A DNA stretch of 64,000 bases from a virus (lineage: Duplodnaviria > Caudoviricetes), in the IMG/VR virus record IMGVR_UViG_3300048895_000267, positions 4,671 through 68,670 of that record; one strand, 5' to 3'. Both the position numbers and the translations under genes were made by a program. Under the pieces are notes generated by a model. The model did no database searches and had not been told where the DNA came from. It saw only the letters and a program-made list of their open reading frames with translations. Positions 46,128-56,027 of this stretch are shown here, one piece after another. Every line of letters begins with the position of its first letter. Position 1 is the first letter of the stretch.

Positions 46128-46691
46128 TCAGGCACCGAACAGCTTATTGAGCAGGATCTTGCGCGCATCGCGGATCGACACGGATTCGACCACGGTCTCG
46201 TCAATGCCGAGAATCTTGGCATAGTCGGCCGCCTCGTCGCGGCTGGTCATGCCCGCGAGGTCGAGGAAAGTACGCAGATCGCGGTGACCCGGGACGTCCT
46301 CGCCGCTGCCGCTCAGCGCCTTGTACTCGTCCCAGAACTTGGTACGGTCGGTGGCGTTGATGTGCAGGTAGCCATGGAAGTAGGCATTGACACTGTCGAC
46401 CTTCGGGCGGCCGGCGGCATCGAACTTGGTGTTGTCGTTCTCTTCCCGCATCTTGTCCAGTGCGTAGAAGATCAGAGCCGTGCGCAGGTCATTCGGCATC
46501 GGCATGCTGACAGACAGGGCGGAGTCGACATCCTCGACAGTGTTGGCCTTGCCATCAGCCGGGATGATGCCAACTGCCATCGCCTCGCGGCGGACGTCCA
46601 GCGGCACTTCACGCGGCTTGTCTTTCTCGAAGCGGATCATATGACCGGTCTTCGAGCGGAGGGTGAAATTACGGTTCGCGACGAAAAGCAT
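46128..46691 (-). CDS. Hypothetical virion-associated protein
   Basis: Start moved to 46691 behind GGAG, downstream of a terminator. Confidence 0.7.
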   Translation of the reverse strand: MLFVANRNFTLRSKTGHMIRFEKDKPREVPLDVRREAMAVGIIPADGKANTVEDVDSALSVSMPMPNDLRTALIFYALDKMREENDNTKFDAAGRPKVDSVNAYFHGYLHINATDRTKFWDEYKALSGSGEDVPGHRDLRTFLDLAGMTSRDEAADYAKILGIDETVVESVSIRDARKILLNKLFGA

Positions 46692-46710
46692 GGGTCTCTC
46701 CAAGGCTGAC

Positions 46711-46740
46711 AAAAGGTGGCGGGGGTCGCCCCCCGCCACT
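46711..46740 (-). terminator. Intrinsic terminator after the capsid decoration gene
   Basis: On - strand GTGGCGGGG/CCCCGCCAC stem then CTTTT. Confidence 0.7.
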
Positions 46741-46768
46741 GCACCCTCACCGGCGCTCAACCTTGGGC

Positions 46769-47170
46769 TTAGCCCACCGTCTCGTGCTGGCTGTCAGGCA
46801 GGAGGTACTCCAGCCAGAAGATAACACGGCCGGCCGTGGGCACAGCGCCCGTGAGAGCCAGCGTCACGCCGACGTGCTCCGAAGCAGCGAGGGCGACGTT
46901 CTGCGTGATAGCCGCAGTACGGGCCGCAGCCGCGAGGGAAGTGGCAGCGAGGTACTTGCCGGGGGTGCCCGACGTGCCGAACGCAGCAGTCAGGGCAGAG
47001 CCCGGGTTGAAGGCGGTGACGACGTGCATCGCGCCGCCGATGGGGATGGCCCCACCGGGCAGGTCGAACACGCCAGTCCACGTTGCGGTAGCCGGCAGCT
47101 CCGAGTAATCCATGTCCACGCACGCGACGCGCGGGAACTGGTGGCCGACGTTCTTGGAGATAACAGTCAT
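46769..47170 (-). CDS. Capsid decoration or cement protein
   Basis: Immediately after the MCP; jelly-roll-like pattern; start moved to 47170. Confidence 0.65.
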   Translation of the reverse strand: MTVISKNVGHQFPRVACVDMDYSELPATATWTGVFDLPGGAIPIGGAMHVVTAFNPGSALTAAFGTSGTPGKYLAATSLAAAARTAAITQNVALAASEHVGVTLALTGAVPTAGRVIFWLEYLLPDSQHETVG

Positions 47171-47183
47171 GATGGCGGCTCCC

Positions 47184-48308
47184 TTAGATGGCCGTGTCGC
47201 AGACGATGACACCGAAGTCCTCGTCCGTGCCAGTCACGGCCGAACGGAACACGGGCTTCTTGAAGCCACAGATCTTGCCGGTGGCGATGCCGGGCTGGTT
47301 GTCGTAGTCGAATTCCTTCTCGACCCAACGCGGCATGCCGATGTCAGCCATACCCAGCGCCTGCGCGCCGCAGAACAGCACGCGCTGCCCGTCGACGGTG
47401 CCACCGCCCCACTTCGAACCCGACTGCGCACCGCGGGTGTTGAAGACGTGGCGGAACTCCATGATGTACAGGCCGTCGATGTAGACGCCGCCCTTGGCGC
47501 CGTGGCCGGTGCCCTTGAACAGCTGGTTCTCGTCGCCGCGCTTGCCAGCGTCCTTCACAGCCGCGAGGTAACCGGCTTCCTTCTTCAGCGCGGCCATGCC
47601 CTTGGGGGTCATGAACACAAAGAAGACGTCGATGCCGTCCTCGGTACGGACCGGGCGAATGTAGTTGTCGGTCGCGTAGGCCTTGAGATCGACCAGCATG
47701 TTGTAGGTCGGGGTGTCGGTCGACACCAGATCGGCGTTGGAAGCAGCCGAGCCAGTGATCAGGGTGGAGGTGCCCGCATCCCAACGCGAGTAGCGGTTGG
47801 TCGAAGGGGCAGTGACATCGCCCGCAAAAGCGAGATCCGCCAGCTGCGAACCGGTGCGGGTGGCGCCGTTGTTCTTGAAGGCATAGCTGACGCCCGACAG
47901 GGTCAGGAACGCCATCTGGTCCCAGCGATCGGCGAGCCAGTAGCCCAGCACGTCCTTGGCTTCCTTGCGGAACTTGACCACGGACTTCTGCTCGGCCATG
48001 CGGCCCTTGGAACGGTGGGCGTGGCGAAGCTGATCGATCTGGATGACCTGATCGTAGCTACGCAGGGCCTCTTCGTTGCCTTCGAGGGTGTTGTCGCCGG
48101 CGACACCGTCGCCTTCAGCGTCGGCAACCAGCGTCATGACGGCGCGGGCGCCCTTCTCGGATTCGGTCAGCTCTTCGACCTTGTGGACCATGGCCGAGAA
48201 CTCGCCAGCGAAGTTGCTGACGAAGGACGCGTTGCGGGCCGCCTTGTGGACGGTACGCTCCCACGCGGTGAGCTGCTCTTCGGTGAGCGCAGCGAAATTG
48301 GTAAGCAT
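47184..48308 (-). CDS. Major capsid protein (N4-gp56/DUF4043-like)
   Basis: GDGV.GDNTLEGNEE.L......IDQLRHA...G.M..Q; strongly biased codons. Confidence 0.85.
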   Translation of the reverse strand: MLTNFAALTEEQLTAWERTVHKAARNASFVSNFAGEFSAMVHKVEELTESEKGARAVMTLVADAEGDGVAGDNTLEGNEEALRSYDQVIQIDQLRHAHRSKGRMAEQKSVVKFRKEAKDVLGYWLADRWDQMAFLTLSGVSYAFKNNGATRTGSQLADLAFAGDVTAPSTNRYSRWDAGTSTLITGSAASNADLVSTDTPTYNMLVDLKAYATDNYIRPVRTEDGIDVFFVFMTPKGMAALKKEAGYLAAVKDAGKRGDENQLFKGTGHGAKGGVYIDGLYIMEFRHVFNTRGAQSGSKWGGGTVDGQRVLFCGAQALGMADIGMPRWVEKEFDYDNQPGIATGKICGFKKPVFRSAVTGTDEDFGVIVCDTAI

Positions 48309-48387
48309 GGTAAATTCCTCTCGTAAAGGGGGTGGTACAGCACGAGTTGCTTACCGGCGTGTCGCTGCCAGCCGAGCGGAATTTACC
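48309..48387 (-). promoter_or_regulatory. MCP leader helix occluding the RBS
   Basis: mRNA GGUAAAUUCCGCUCG pairs 14/15 with CGAGAGGAAUUUACC, directly before AUG. Confidence 0.6.
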
Positions 48388-48434
48388 GTCCCTTGACGCC
48401 GGACTTGGCGGCTGCTGTGTCGTCGCAGCGTACG

Positions 48435-48465
48435 AAAAAAGGCGTGGGGGTTAGCCCACGCCTTT
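48435..48465 (-). terminator. Terminator between scaffold and MCP
   Basis: On - strand GGCGTGGG/CCCACGCC stem then TTTTTT. Confidence 0.8.
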
Positions 48466-48500
48466 ATTGAACCATAAATTAATCAAGGCCGCCAGTAAAA

Positions 48501-49682
48501 TTACGCCGAGATATAGTCCCCGCGCAGGCGCGCCTGCGTCGATTCCGGCAGCGCATCGAAGTCCTTCTGCGACATGTTCTTCACGTCGAGGGTGCCTTCG
48601 CCGTTGGACGCCTTGCCAGCATCGCCGAGCGCCGGCGGCTGCTTGCCGTTGGCAGCAAGGTTGTTCTTCACCGCCTCGCCCTTGCGCTTGGCTCCAGCCG
48701 CCTTGCCTGCTTCGGTGGCCTCGGCGCCCTTCTTCGGCTCGCCCTTCTTCGCCTCGCCAGCCTTCTGGTACAGGTGCGCCGTGCCCGACTCGAGGACCTC
48801 TTCCTTGAAGACGTAGGTCAGCGCTTTCTGCAGCGCCTTCTGCATGGTCAGGCCCTTGCTGGCCTTCAGGCCGCGGGCGAGATCGAGAACTTCCTGCGCC
48901 AGCTCGCCGTCGTACAGCTCATCGTTTTCCGGGTTGAGCTCAGGGAACTTGGCCTCGATCTCCTCGACCGTCGCGTCATAGGCGGTCTTCTGCGCCGTTT
49001 CCAGCGCATGCACGGTCGCGGTGCGCGATGCCTTGATCTCGGAAATATCGCGGTTGGCCGCATCGATCTTCCGCTGCAAGGTGGCCGCGTCCCTCGAGCG
49101 CCCTTCAGCGCGCGCTTCCTCGACCTGCTCGTACAGCGGCTCGATCTCGCCTTCCAGCACAGCGACGGGATCAGGCTTGTCCTTGCCGCCAGTCAGGCGG
49201 GCGTTTTCCTGCTCAAGCTCCCGGACGCGCAGCTCCGCAGCACGGGCCTGCGCAGAGACCTCGCGCATGCGGTGCGGCGGGACCCAGCCCTGCCGCGGGG
49301 TGGAGTCGCTGGTGCGGCGCGCGCCGGCGCCAGCGGCCCGCGGATCTTCCTCGCCGCCCTCGCCGTCAGCGCCGTCTCCAGCACCGTCTCCGCCATCGCC
49401 GTCGCCGTCGCCTTCTTCCTCGCCTTCTTCGCCGGCTTCGCCAGCAGCCGCCGCAGCAGCTTTTCCTGCATCGGCCTTGGCAGCGGCTTTGACAGCAGGC
49501 TTGGCAGCAGGCTTCGCACCGGCCTTCTCCTTAGACTTGTCAGCCGCGGCCGCAGCGAGGGCCGCCTCGTCATCGTCGGTGAGTCCGTCGTCGCCGAACA
49601 TGTCGCCGAAGTCGAGATCAGAATCTTCCGCGCCCGGGTTCGGGTCTTCTTTGATGTCTTCGGGCTTGATATTGCCAGTCAT
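48501..49682 (-). CDS. Scaffolding protein
   Basis: Acidic low-complexity N-terminus, VP..R..EV motif, coiled coil, F..L.E....RLRGD C-terminus; between portal and MCP. Confidence 0.8.
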   Translation of the reverse strand: MTGNIKPEDIKEDPNPGAEDSDLDFGDMFGDDGLTDDDEAALAAAAADKSKEKAGAKPAAKPAVKAAAKADAGKAAAAAAGEAGEEGEEEGDGDGDGGDGAGDGADGEGGEEDPRAAGAGARRTSDSTPRQGWVPPHRMREVSAQARAAELRVRELEQENARLTGGKDKPDPVAVLEGEIEPLYEQVEEARAEGRSRDAATLQRKIDAANRDISEIKASRTATVHALETAQKTAYDATVEEIEAKFPELNPENDELYDGELAQEVLDLARGLKASKGLTMQKALQKALTYVFKEEVLESGTAHLYQKAGEAKKGEPKKGAEATEAGKAAGAKRKGEAVKNNLAANGKQPPALGDAGKASNGEGTLDVKNMSQKDFDALPESTQARLRGDYISA

Positions 49683-49685
49683 GGG

Positions 49686-51833
49686 CTATGCCTTTTTCTT
49701 CGGTGAGGGGGGCTTCTTCGTACTGCCGGCCTGCTTATTCTTGAGCACTGAGGCCTTCATGGTTTCGTTGTGCTGCTGCCGGTCGCTGTCCATCTTGGCG
49801 ACATCGATCGCCTGACTGGTGCGGTCGGTGCGCTCCTTCGCTGCAATGCGGCGGGCGTCCAGCAGCGCCGCCGTACGGTCGCGCTCAACCTGAGCAGCAT
49901 GCTGGGCTTCCTTGAGAGCCTGCTCGTTGGGCACATTCTGCGCGTCTTCGCCGATTTTTTCAGCCCGCGCGTTGGCGAGGTTGGCGTTGGCCTGCTTGAG
50001 CGCCATGTCGGCCTGCGCCACCTGCGCCTCCAGCTGCGCCTGCTCCTGCTCTGCCTTGCGCTGGGCCATGTCGGCCGCAGCCGGGTCTTCGCCGCCGGAC
50101 AGCCCGCGGATCGCCTGCAACAGGCGCTTCTTGTTCGGGATGTGGCTAGCCTCGAGGAAGGCGTCGGCCGGGACCGGGACCCCCAGCTCGCGCAGCTGGG
50201 TGAGCTCCTGAAACTCGGACTCGTTGATGGTCGCGCGCGAGGGGGCGGGGGTGACCACGACGGAATACTTGCCCAGCTGCAGGTCGGTAGCGATAGTGCC
50301 TTCGGGCGTCGGCTGGTTGATGCCGAACTGCTCGGACTTCGGCTCGATGCTGGAGCCGCCCGTAATCGACAGCAGGCGCGGCTCGACGTAGAACTGCTGG
50401 AACATGCCCAGTGCGCGCTCGGCGAGGTCCTGCCGCAGGCGGTTCATGCCGTTGAAAGCCAGCGCCAGCGAGATACTCGACCGGGCCGACTTGGCGAGGA
50501 TCGCCTTGGAGGACACGTCCTCCCGGTCGAAACCGCGCATGGTGTCGGACACCAGCGAGATCGTCTTGATGTTCTCGGCCGCCTTGAACGACATGCGGTC
50601 GTGGCCGGTCGGGACGTTGTTCGGCTGGATCTTGACGAGGTCCTTATCCGGGTCGCCGGCGATCTCGATCACCAGACCGGTCTCGGCACCGCGGCGTTCC
50701 AAGTCCTCGCGGGTCATACCCACCAGCGCACCGGACTTGTACTTCCAGCCCGAGTTCGAGCTGGTGTTGAGGATGTGCAGCTCCTGCGACAGCGACTTGT
50801 TGAGCAGCTCCTGCGAGCCGAGCAGCTGCTCGAACAGGCTCACGGGCTCGCCGTCGAGGAAGAACGGGAAGTAGGGGACGATGGTGAAGTCGTCGTAGGG
50901 CGACCAGTCGTCGTGCAGGCTGATGTGGTCGATGCTGACCGTCCAGCGCACGTCCTTGTACTGGCGCTTGGTGATAGCCACCTGCGGATAGCGGCGCAGG
51001 AACTCGGCGATGCGGTTGCGCGGCCAGCCATCCGGGACTTCGCGCATGTCGCCGCTGTCGACGTCCACGAACCACTCGCCAGTGCGCACCAGCCGGTGCT
51101 GGCGGTCGATCACGCGGTATTGCTTGTTGTAGGCCGGGTCGATGTTGCCCCGGCTGGGCATATCGCGCCGGTTCGGGCGCTCGTACACGGACTGGGAGCC
51201 GAGCATGTTCTCGGCGCCGACGAACTTGACCCGCTCGGCAGTCTCGGTACCGAACAGGTTCTCGATCTCGACCAGTGTCATCCAGCGCGACTCGACGACC
51301 TGCGGCCAGTCCTTGGTGAAGGGGCTGTCCAGATCTGGGTCCAGCATGACCGAGTGCGGGCGGGGCGCGCGCATGACGATCTCGCCCTGCATCTGGTTGT
51401 CGAAGTCCACGCGCATGTCGATGTAACCGCGCCCGGCCAGCAGGCCGCGCTCGATCACCATCAGCTCGTACCAGTCCAGCTTGTTGTTGTTGGCCGTGTT
51501 GATCCACAGCCGTGACAGCGCATCCGCCACCTCGTCCGAGCCGTCCTTGACTGGCAGGAACGTAACGTCGGCGCGGTTGGCGAGGAACTCACCGAGGATC
51601 ACAGCATAGGTGGGGAGCAGCTGGTTGACCGTCAGGGCCGGCCGGCCCTGTGCGTCGAGCCGGGCTTTGTCGACAGCGTTCCACTGGCGGCCGCGGACGA
51701 AGTCGTAGGTCTTGTTGATCCGCTCGATGTAGCTGCGGTGGCCGTTGTCGTAGAAGTACGAGAAGGCCTCGTAGTTGCTGAGGGCCGCCGTCGTCGCATC
51801 GTTGCGCGTCTTCAAGGGGCGCACGGTATTCAT
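49686..51833 (-). CDS. Portal protein (P22-like)
   Basis: F..G.QW......L..QGRPALT.N, D.S.VSD..RG, C-terminal barrel helix. Confidence 0.88.
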   Translation of the reverse strand: MNTVRPLKTRNDATTAALSNYEAFSYFYDNGHRSYIERINKTYDFVRGRQWNAVDKARLDAQGRPALTVNQLLPTYAVILGEFLANRADVTFLPVKDGSDEVADALSRLWINTANNNKLDWYELMVIERGLLAGRGYIDMRVDFDNQMQGEIVMRAPRPHSVMLDPDLDSPFTKDWPQVVESRWMTLVEIENLFGTETAERVKFVGAENMLGSQSVYERPNRRDMPSRGNIDPAYNKQYRVIDRQHRLVRTGEWFVDVDSGDMREVPDGWPRNRIAEFLRRYPQVAITKRQYKDVRWTVSIDHISLHDDWSPYDDFTIVPYFPFFLDGEPVSLFEQLLGSQELLNKSLSQELHILNTSSNSGWKYKSGALVGMTREDLERRGAETGLVIEIAGDPDKDLVKIQPNNVPTGHDRMSFKAAENIKTISLVSDTMRGFDREDVSSKAILAKSARSSISLALAFNGMNRLRQDLAERALGMFQQFYVEPRLLSITGGSSIEPKSEQFGINQPTPEGTIATDLQLGKYSVVVTPAPSRATINESEFQELTQLRELGVPVPADAFLEASHIPNKKRLLQAIRGLSGGEDPAAADMAQRKAEQEQAQLEAQVAQADMALKQANANLANARAEKIGEDAQNVPNEQALKEAQHAAQVERDRTAALLDARRIAAKERTDRTSQAIDVAKMDSDRQQHNETMKASVLKNKQAGSTKKPPSPKKKA

Positions 51834-53683
51834 GCGGACATATGACTCCTCTGGTTGCCCCCGGTATAGAGGTGCAGCTGGTCGCGCCAGCCCTTCGGCT
51901 TAGGCTTCCCCGCGCGGACCGGCACCGGCACATTCTGCGCCAAACGCGCCAGCCATGCCATAGCATCCACGATGTCGTCGTTTTCGCCGTTCGGGAAACG
52001 CAGGAATTCCGCCTTGATTTTCTCAACCCATGGCTGGTTCTGGGGGAAGTACACCGCACCCACGCCCATGCGCGCTTGCAGCGGCTTGGCGCGCGCCTGC
52101 TTGTCGGTCACCGGCTTGAGCGTCTCGTCGATCTGGACGTACAGGCGCTCCTTACGCAAGGCCGCGACCAACGTCGGCATGATCGACATGCTGATCTGGC
52201 CGTGCTCGATACCCAACGAGAACGGGTCGTAGCGCTTCACGATCTGGACGATGTTGTCGATGATCTCAGGAGCCTCGAACTTGCCGCGCACCATGTCGAG
52301 GATGTAGAGGTTGTCCTCGTAATCGAGGCCGCCCACCACGCCGACGGTGTAGTCGTTGCGCTGCTTCAGACCGATCGCCAGATCCCACGCCGTGATGATG
52401 CGCATCTGCGACCAGTCGGGGACCGACGGGATGTAGCGGAACATGCTGGTCTGGAAGAACTCGCCCTCGTCCGGGACGGGCTTTTGCTGGTACAGGGCGT
52501 GCCAGTGGCGGGGGTTGGTGCGCAGCAAGCGGTTCTTGATGCGGCGCATTTCCAGATCGTTGTAGCGCTCCGGGTGCAGCGGCTCGCCCTTGCGGCGCAG
52601 CAGGCGCGAGCCTTCCGGCGGCAGCGGGCCAGCGAAGATCTGGCCGTTGGGGGTCAGGTGCTCGTCCTGCTCCGCCTCCATGGCGTACTCGACCACCTCC
52701 CACTTTTCGATCGCGTCGGCCTCGACCTCGGACTCCTCCAGCTCCTTCTGCAGGCGCAACAGCCGGCCGCCGAGGTCCAAGTCGTGCCAACGCTGCATGA
52801 TGATCACCACGCCGGCGCCGGGCGCCAAGCGCGAGGCAGCCACACCGGTGTACCAGTCCATGGCGGACTGGCGCTGGGTCTCGGAGTCGGCCGCCTCGGC
52901 ATCCTTCACCGGGTCGTCGATGATCAGGACATGGGCGCCCTTGCCGAGGATGCCGGTGCCGATACCGGCCGCGAGGTAGCCGCCGCCGACGTCAGTCAGC
53001 CAGCGCTGCAGGTTCTGGGTGTCCTTGCGCAGGACCACCTTCGGGAACACGGTCTTGTACTCAGGCGTGAGCACGCAGTCGCGGATCTTGCGGCTGAACT
53101 CTTCGGTCAGGGAGGTGGCGTTACAAGCGTGGATGATTTCCCACTCAGGGTGGTGCCCGACCACCCACGCCGGGAACCGCACGCTCGCCAACTCGGACTT
53201 GCCATGGCGCGGCGGCATGAACAGCATCAGCCGCGGCGACAGCCCGGCCTCCACGTCCTTGACGAACTTCTCGAGCCGGCGGCAAATGTCGTGGTGCACC
53301 CAGCCGGCCTTGTAGGTCGGCACGAAGCTGCGGGTGAAGAACACGAGGTGGCGCCGCATCAGCTCGCGGCGCGCAAGCTCGCGCTCGGCCGCCGTGGGCT
53401 CATGCTGGCCTTTCTCGATGCGCTTGGCCACGCCCTCCATGATCGCCTTGCCCTTCGCCGTGGAGTAGCGCGGGTCAGCAGCGGCTACCTTGGCGACGTG
53501 ACGGGCGATGTGGGGGGTGGTTTCTTTCTTGTGCTCGGTGTAGAGCTTGACCATGCCGTAGGCGTTCTCGCACGACTCGCAGAAGTCGTACACCACCTTC
53601 GGCGTGGCCGAATACTCGCGGAACCGCTCGATCGGCTGCTCGATCTTGCAGTGGATGCACAGGACGAGCAGCTCGTCGCTCAT
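51830..53683 (-). CDS. Terminase large subunit with an N-terminal CxxC...CxxC extension
   Basis: MPPRHGKS, IIDDPVKD, IMQRWH.D, AWDLA...DYT, HGQI, DDIVDA. Confidence 0.92.
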   Translation of the reverse strand: MSDELLVLCIHCKIEQPIERFREYSATPKVVYDFCESCENAYGMVKLYTEHKKETTPHIARHVAKVAAADPRYSTAKGKAIMEGVAKRIEKGQHEPTAAERELARRELMRRHLVFFTRSFVPTYKAGWVHHDICRRLEKFVKDVEAGLSPRLMLFMPPRHGKSELASVRFPAWVVGHHPEWEIIHACNATSLTEEFSRKIRDCVLTPEYKTVFPKVVLRKDTQNLQRWLTDVGGGYLAAGIGTGILGKGAHVLIIDDPVKDAEAADSETQRQSAMDWYTGVAASRLAPGAGVVIIMQRWHDLDLGGRLLRLQKELEESEVEADAIEKWEVVEYAMEAEQDEHLTPNGQIFAGPLPPEGSRLLRRKGEPLHPERYNDLEMRRIKNRLLRTNPRHWHALYQQKPVPDEGEFFQTSMFRYIPSVPDWSQMRIITAWDLAIGLKQRNDYTVGVVGGLDYEDNLYILDMVRGKFEAPEIIDNIVQIVKRYDPFSLGIEHGQISMSIMPTLVAALRKERLYVQIDETLKPVTDKQARAKPLQARMGVGAVYFPQNQPWVEKIKAEFLRFPNGENDDIVDAMAWLARLAQNVPVPVRAGKPKPKGWRDQLHLYTGGNQRSHMSA

Positions 53684-54138
53684 GCCTGCTTGCGCACTTC
53701 GTAGAAGTCAACCACGTCGACGATGTTGTTCTCATCAACCAGCTTGGCCAGCTCGGACGACGGCAGCTGGCGCAGCTGCTCGCTCGGCGCGTCAGCCGAG
53801 GAAGCGACATGCTCGATCTGCACCTTCTTCGGCGCGTCGAGGCCGTTGATGCGGGCCAGCTCCACCCAGCCCCGGATCTGAGCCGTGGGGTCGACGATCG
53901 TCTTGGCGTCGTCGATCGCGTCGCGGATACCCTCGTTGACATCCTCGATGCAGATCTTGGACCGGTGGCGCGCGACCGCCTTGCGCACCTCGCGCACGTG
54001 CGCGATGCCCGGGTCCTTCAGCATCTTGTTCGCTTCGTGGGGGGAAATCCCAGACAGCTCGCACGCGCGCGACACGGGGCAACCCGCTACGTCAATGTAG
54101 AACAGGAACTGCGTCTGCTGTTCGGTGAGCGCGTCCAT
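53680..54138 (-). CDS. Terminase small subunit
   Basis: LT.QQ..F HTH start; ELARINGLDAP.K; adjacent to the large subunit. Confidence 0.75.
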   Translation of the reverse strand: MDALTEQQTQFLFYIDVAGCPVSRACELSGISPHEANKMLKDPGIAHVREVRKAVARHRSKICIEDVNEGIRDAIDDAKTIVDPTAQIRGWVELARINGLDAPKKVQIEHVASSADAPSEQLRQLPSSELAKLVDENNIVDVVDFYEVRKQA

Positions 54139-54434
54139 CACTTGGTCAGGCCAGCTTCCTTGAGGCGGTCGAGGCACATGGTGCACGCCTGCCGCTGCAG
54201 GTCGCACTGCTTGAAGGCGCCGATCAGCGGCGCCACGACCTGCTTGGTGATCTCGTCGCCGGCATTGTAGGGGCCGGCAGGCTCGGCGAACTTGATGTCA
54301 GGCGACAGCACACACGACTGCCGGCACTGCGGGTCGCAGTTCTCCGGGATAGCCTCGCGCTTTACGAAGCGCTGGCCGATCGTATCGCAGCCACAGAGCA
54401 TCAGCGCGAGGAAGAGCAGGGCGTAATTATTCAT
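54138..54434 (-). CDS. o-spanin (Rz1-like lipoprotein)
   Basis: MNNYALLFLALMLCG-C lipobox; Cys/Pro-rich; follows the i-spanin. Confidence 0.8.
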   Translation of the reverse strand: MNNYALLFLALMLCGCDTIGQRFVKREAIPENCDPQCRQSCVLSPDIKFAEPAGPYNAGDEITKQVVAPLIGAFKQCDLQRQACTMCLDRLKEAGLTK

Positions 54435-54864
54435 GGCGCGCCTCGTCCAGCAGGTCATTGAGGGCCTTCACCTGCTTCGGCGTCGCCTTGGCGGCGGGGA
54501 GAGGCCCCTTGCTGCGGTTGTAGTGGTCCAACCGTTTGGCGCCGAGCGCAGCGTTCTCAGAGGAGAGCTCGGCGATCTTGGCGTCGTCCTTTACCTTGGC
54601 GGACGCGATGATATCCACCGTATGCAAATCCTCGGCCTTCGCTGCCGCGCGCGCTTCGGCCGTCAAGCGCGCTTCGTGTTCTTTCTGCACGGCCTTGACC
54701 TTGACCAGATGCTCCCACTGCTTGTAGTTGGCAAACACCGACAGCGCCAGCAGCAGCAGCAGGATCAAGATATAGCGCCACGCCAGCCAGAACGCCGACA
54801 GGCGCGTGCGCCACGAAACCAACTTGATCTCTTCCAGTTCCTTGAGGCGATCGATAGCGTCCAT
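54427..54864 (-). CDS. i-spanin (Rz-like)
   Basis: One TM segment plus a periplasmic coiled coil; after the endolysin. Confidence 0.8.
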   Translation of the reverse strand: MDAIDRLKELEEIKLVSWRTRLSAFWLAWRYILILLLLLALSVFANYKQWEHLVKVKAVQKEHEARLTAEARAAAKAEDLHTVDIIASAKVKDDAKIAELSSENAALGAKRLDHYNRSKGPLPAAKATPKQVKALNDLLDEARHE

Positions 54865-54873
54865 GGTGCCTCC

Positions 54874-55674
54874 TTAAGTAAGCGCGACGCGGGCTTCGTC
54901 GTCGCGCCGGTCGCGCAGGCCACGGCTGTCAGGCCACAGGCGCTTGGACGCCCGGATCTGCTCCGCGATGCACCGCACGTCGTTGTCCTTCATGCACTCG
55001 TCGCGGATCGTGCGCAGCTCGCGGCGACGCTCGCCTGTCATCTGCCACCCACGGTTATACCCCATCGAGACCAGCGCACACTGCGCGCCGACCGGCAGGG
55101 TGTCGAAATTCGGACCTAGCGCGCGCCGCGCCGAATCCCGGTACGCGGGGAGGCTCGCCGTAGCGAACACCTCCGCCGCGTAGGGATAGGGGGTGCGCAC
55201 CGCCCCCCACTCACCGAGCCGCTGCTTCGCGGCTACGCCAATTACACCGCTGGCGGTCTTGAGCTGCGTGCGGCTGGGGTGCGCTTTCCAGTCCCGCACG
55301 ATGTCCAAGGTCGTCTGATGCCCGCCGTCATAGCCGATGCCCCACGTCGGCCCGCTGCTACCGCCGGGCCAGACCACACCCTGCCACTTGCGGTTGTAGG
55401 TCGACACCCCGCTGACTTCCCAGCGCGTGATCAGCTTGATAGCGCAGTCCGAAAAAGCACGGTCCTCCTGTTCAGGGGGCGGCTGCGGTACGTCGGCAGC
55501 CGCCAGCTGCACTTCCTCGCGCATCGCGACGGAGGCAGACACCACCTCGGCAGCGAGGGCGGACGGTTCGGGGTCGGGCGCAGCGGGGCTGGCCGCCGTG
55601 GGCGGCGACGGGGGGTTGCAGCCGGTCAGGACGGCAGCGAGAAGAAGCAGAGCGAGAAAATCAGCAGTACGCAT
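54874..55674 (-). CDS. Endolysin (lysozyme-like, pesticin/T4-type fold) with a lipoprotein signal
   Basis: MRTADFLALLLLAAVLTG-C; I.RWEVSG...WPGGSSGPTWGIGYD.G...GL..RR..EA. Confidence 0.8.
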   Translation of the reverse strand: MRTADFLALLLLAAVLTGCNPPSPPTAASPAAPDPEPSALAAEVVSASVAMREEVQLAAADVPQPPPEQEDRAFSDCAIKLITRWEVSGVSTYNRKWQGVVWPGGSSGPTWGIGYDGGHQTTLDIVRDWKAHPSRTQLKTASGVIGVAAKQRLGEWGAVRTPYPYAAEVFATASLPAYRDSARRALGPNFDTLPVGAQCALVSMGYNRGWQMTGERRRELRTIRDECMKDNDVRCIAEQIRASKRLWPDSRGLRDRRDDEARVALT

Positions 55675-56027
55675 ACAGTGAACACCGCGTCGGTAAGGTA
55701 GACGAGCACTGCTCCGGGCTGGCCGGCACAGACCGAGTCCCACAGGCTCTTCTGCTCGTCGGCCGTCAGCTTCCAGCGCCAGCGACGGCGCACGAGGAAC
55801 GTCAGGCCAGCGGCGCAGACGGCGTAGGCCACCTTGGGCGGCAGCACCATCCAGATCGGCATGATGTCCTTGAGCGCGGTGCGGTCGAGCCCGCCGCCGA
55901 ACACCCACAGCACCGCAGCGACGAGCACGGTGGCCAGCGGCCAGCCGATGAACTCCTGCCAGCGCAGGGTAAACGACCACGCCTTCTGCATCTTGGTAGC
56001 GCCGGGAAGTTCTTTTTCTTCAGTCAT
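55626..56027 (-). CDS. Putative holin (three hydrophobic segments)
   Basis: Three TM-like stretches; directly upstream of the endolysin. Confidence 0.6.
   Translation of the reverse strand: MTEEKELPGATKMQKAWSFTLRWQEFIGWPLATVLVAAVLWVFGGGLDRTALKDIMPIWMVLPPKVAYAVCAAGLTFLVRRRWRWKLTADEQKSLWDSVCAGQPGAVLVYLTDAVFTVCVLLIFSLCFFSLPS

Noticed and set aside
47184-48308. Classification as an N4-like phage from the capsid family
   Set aside because: No virion or early RNA polymerase motifs; the 2287-aa protein lacks recognisable RNAP motifs.
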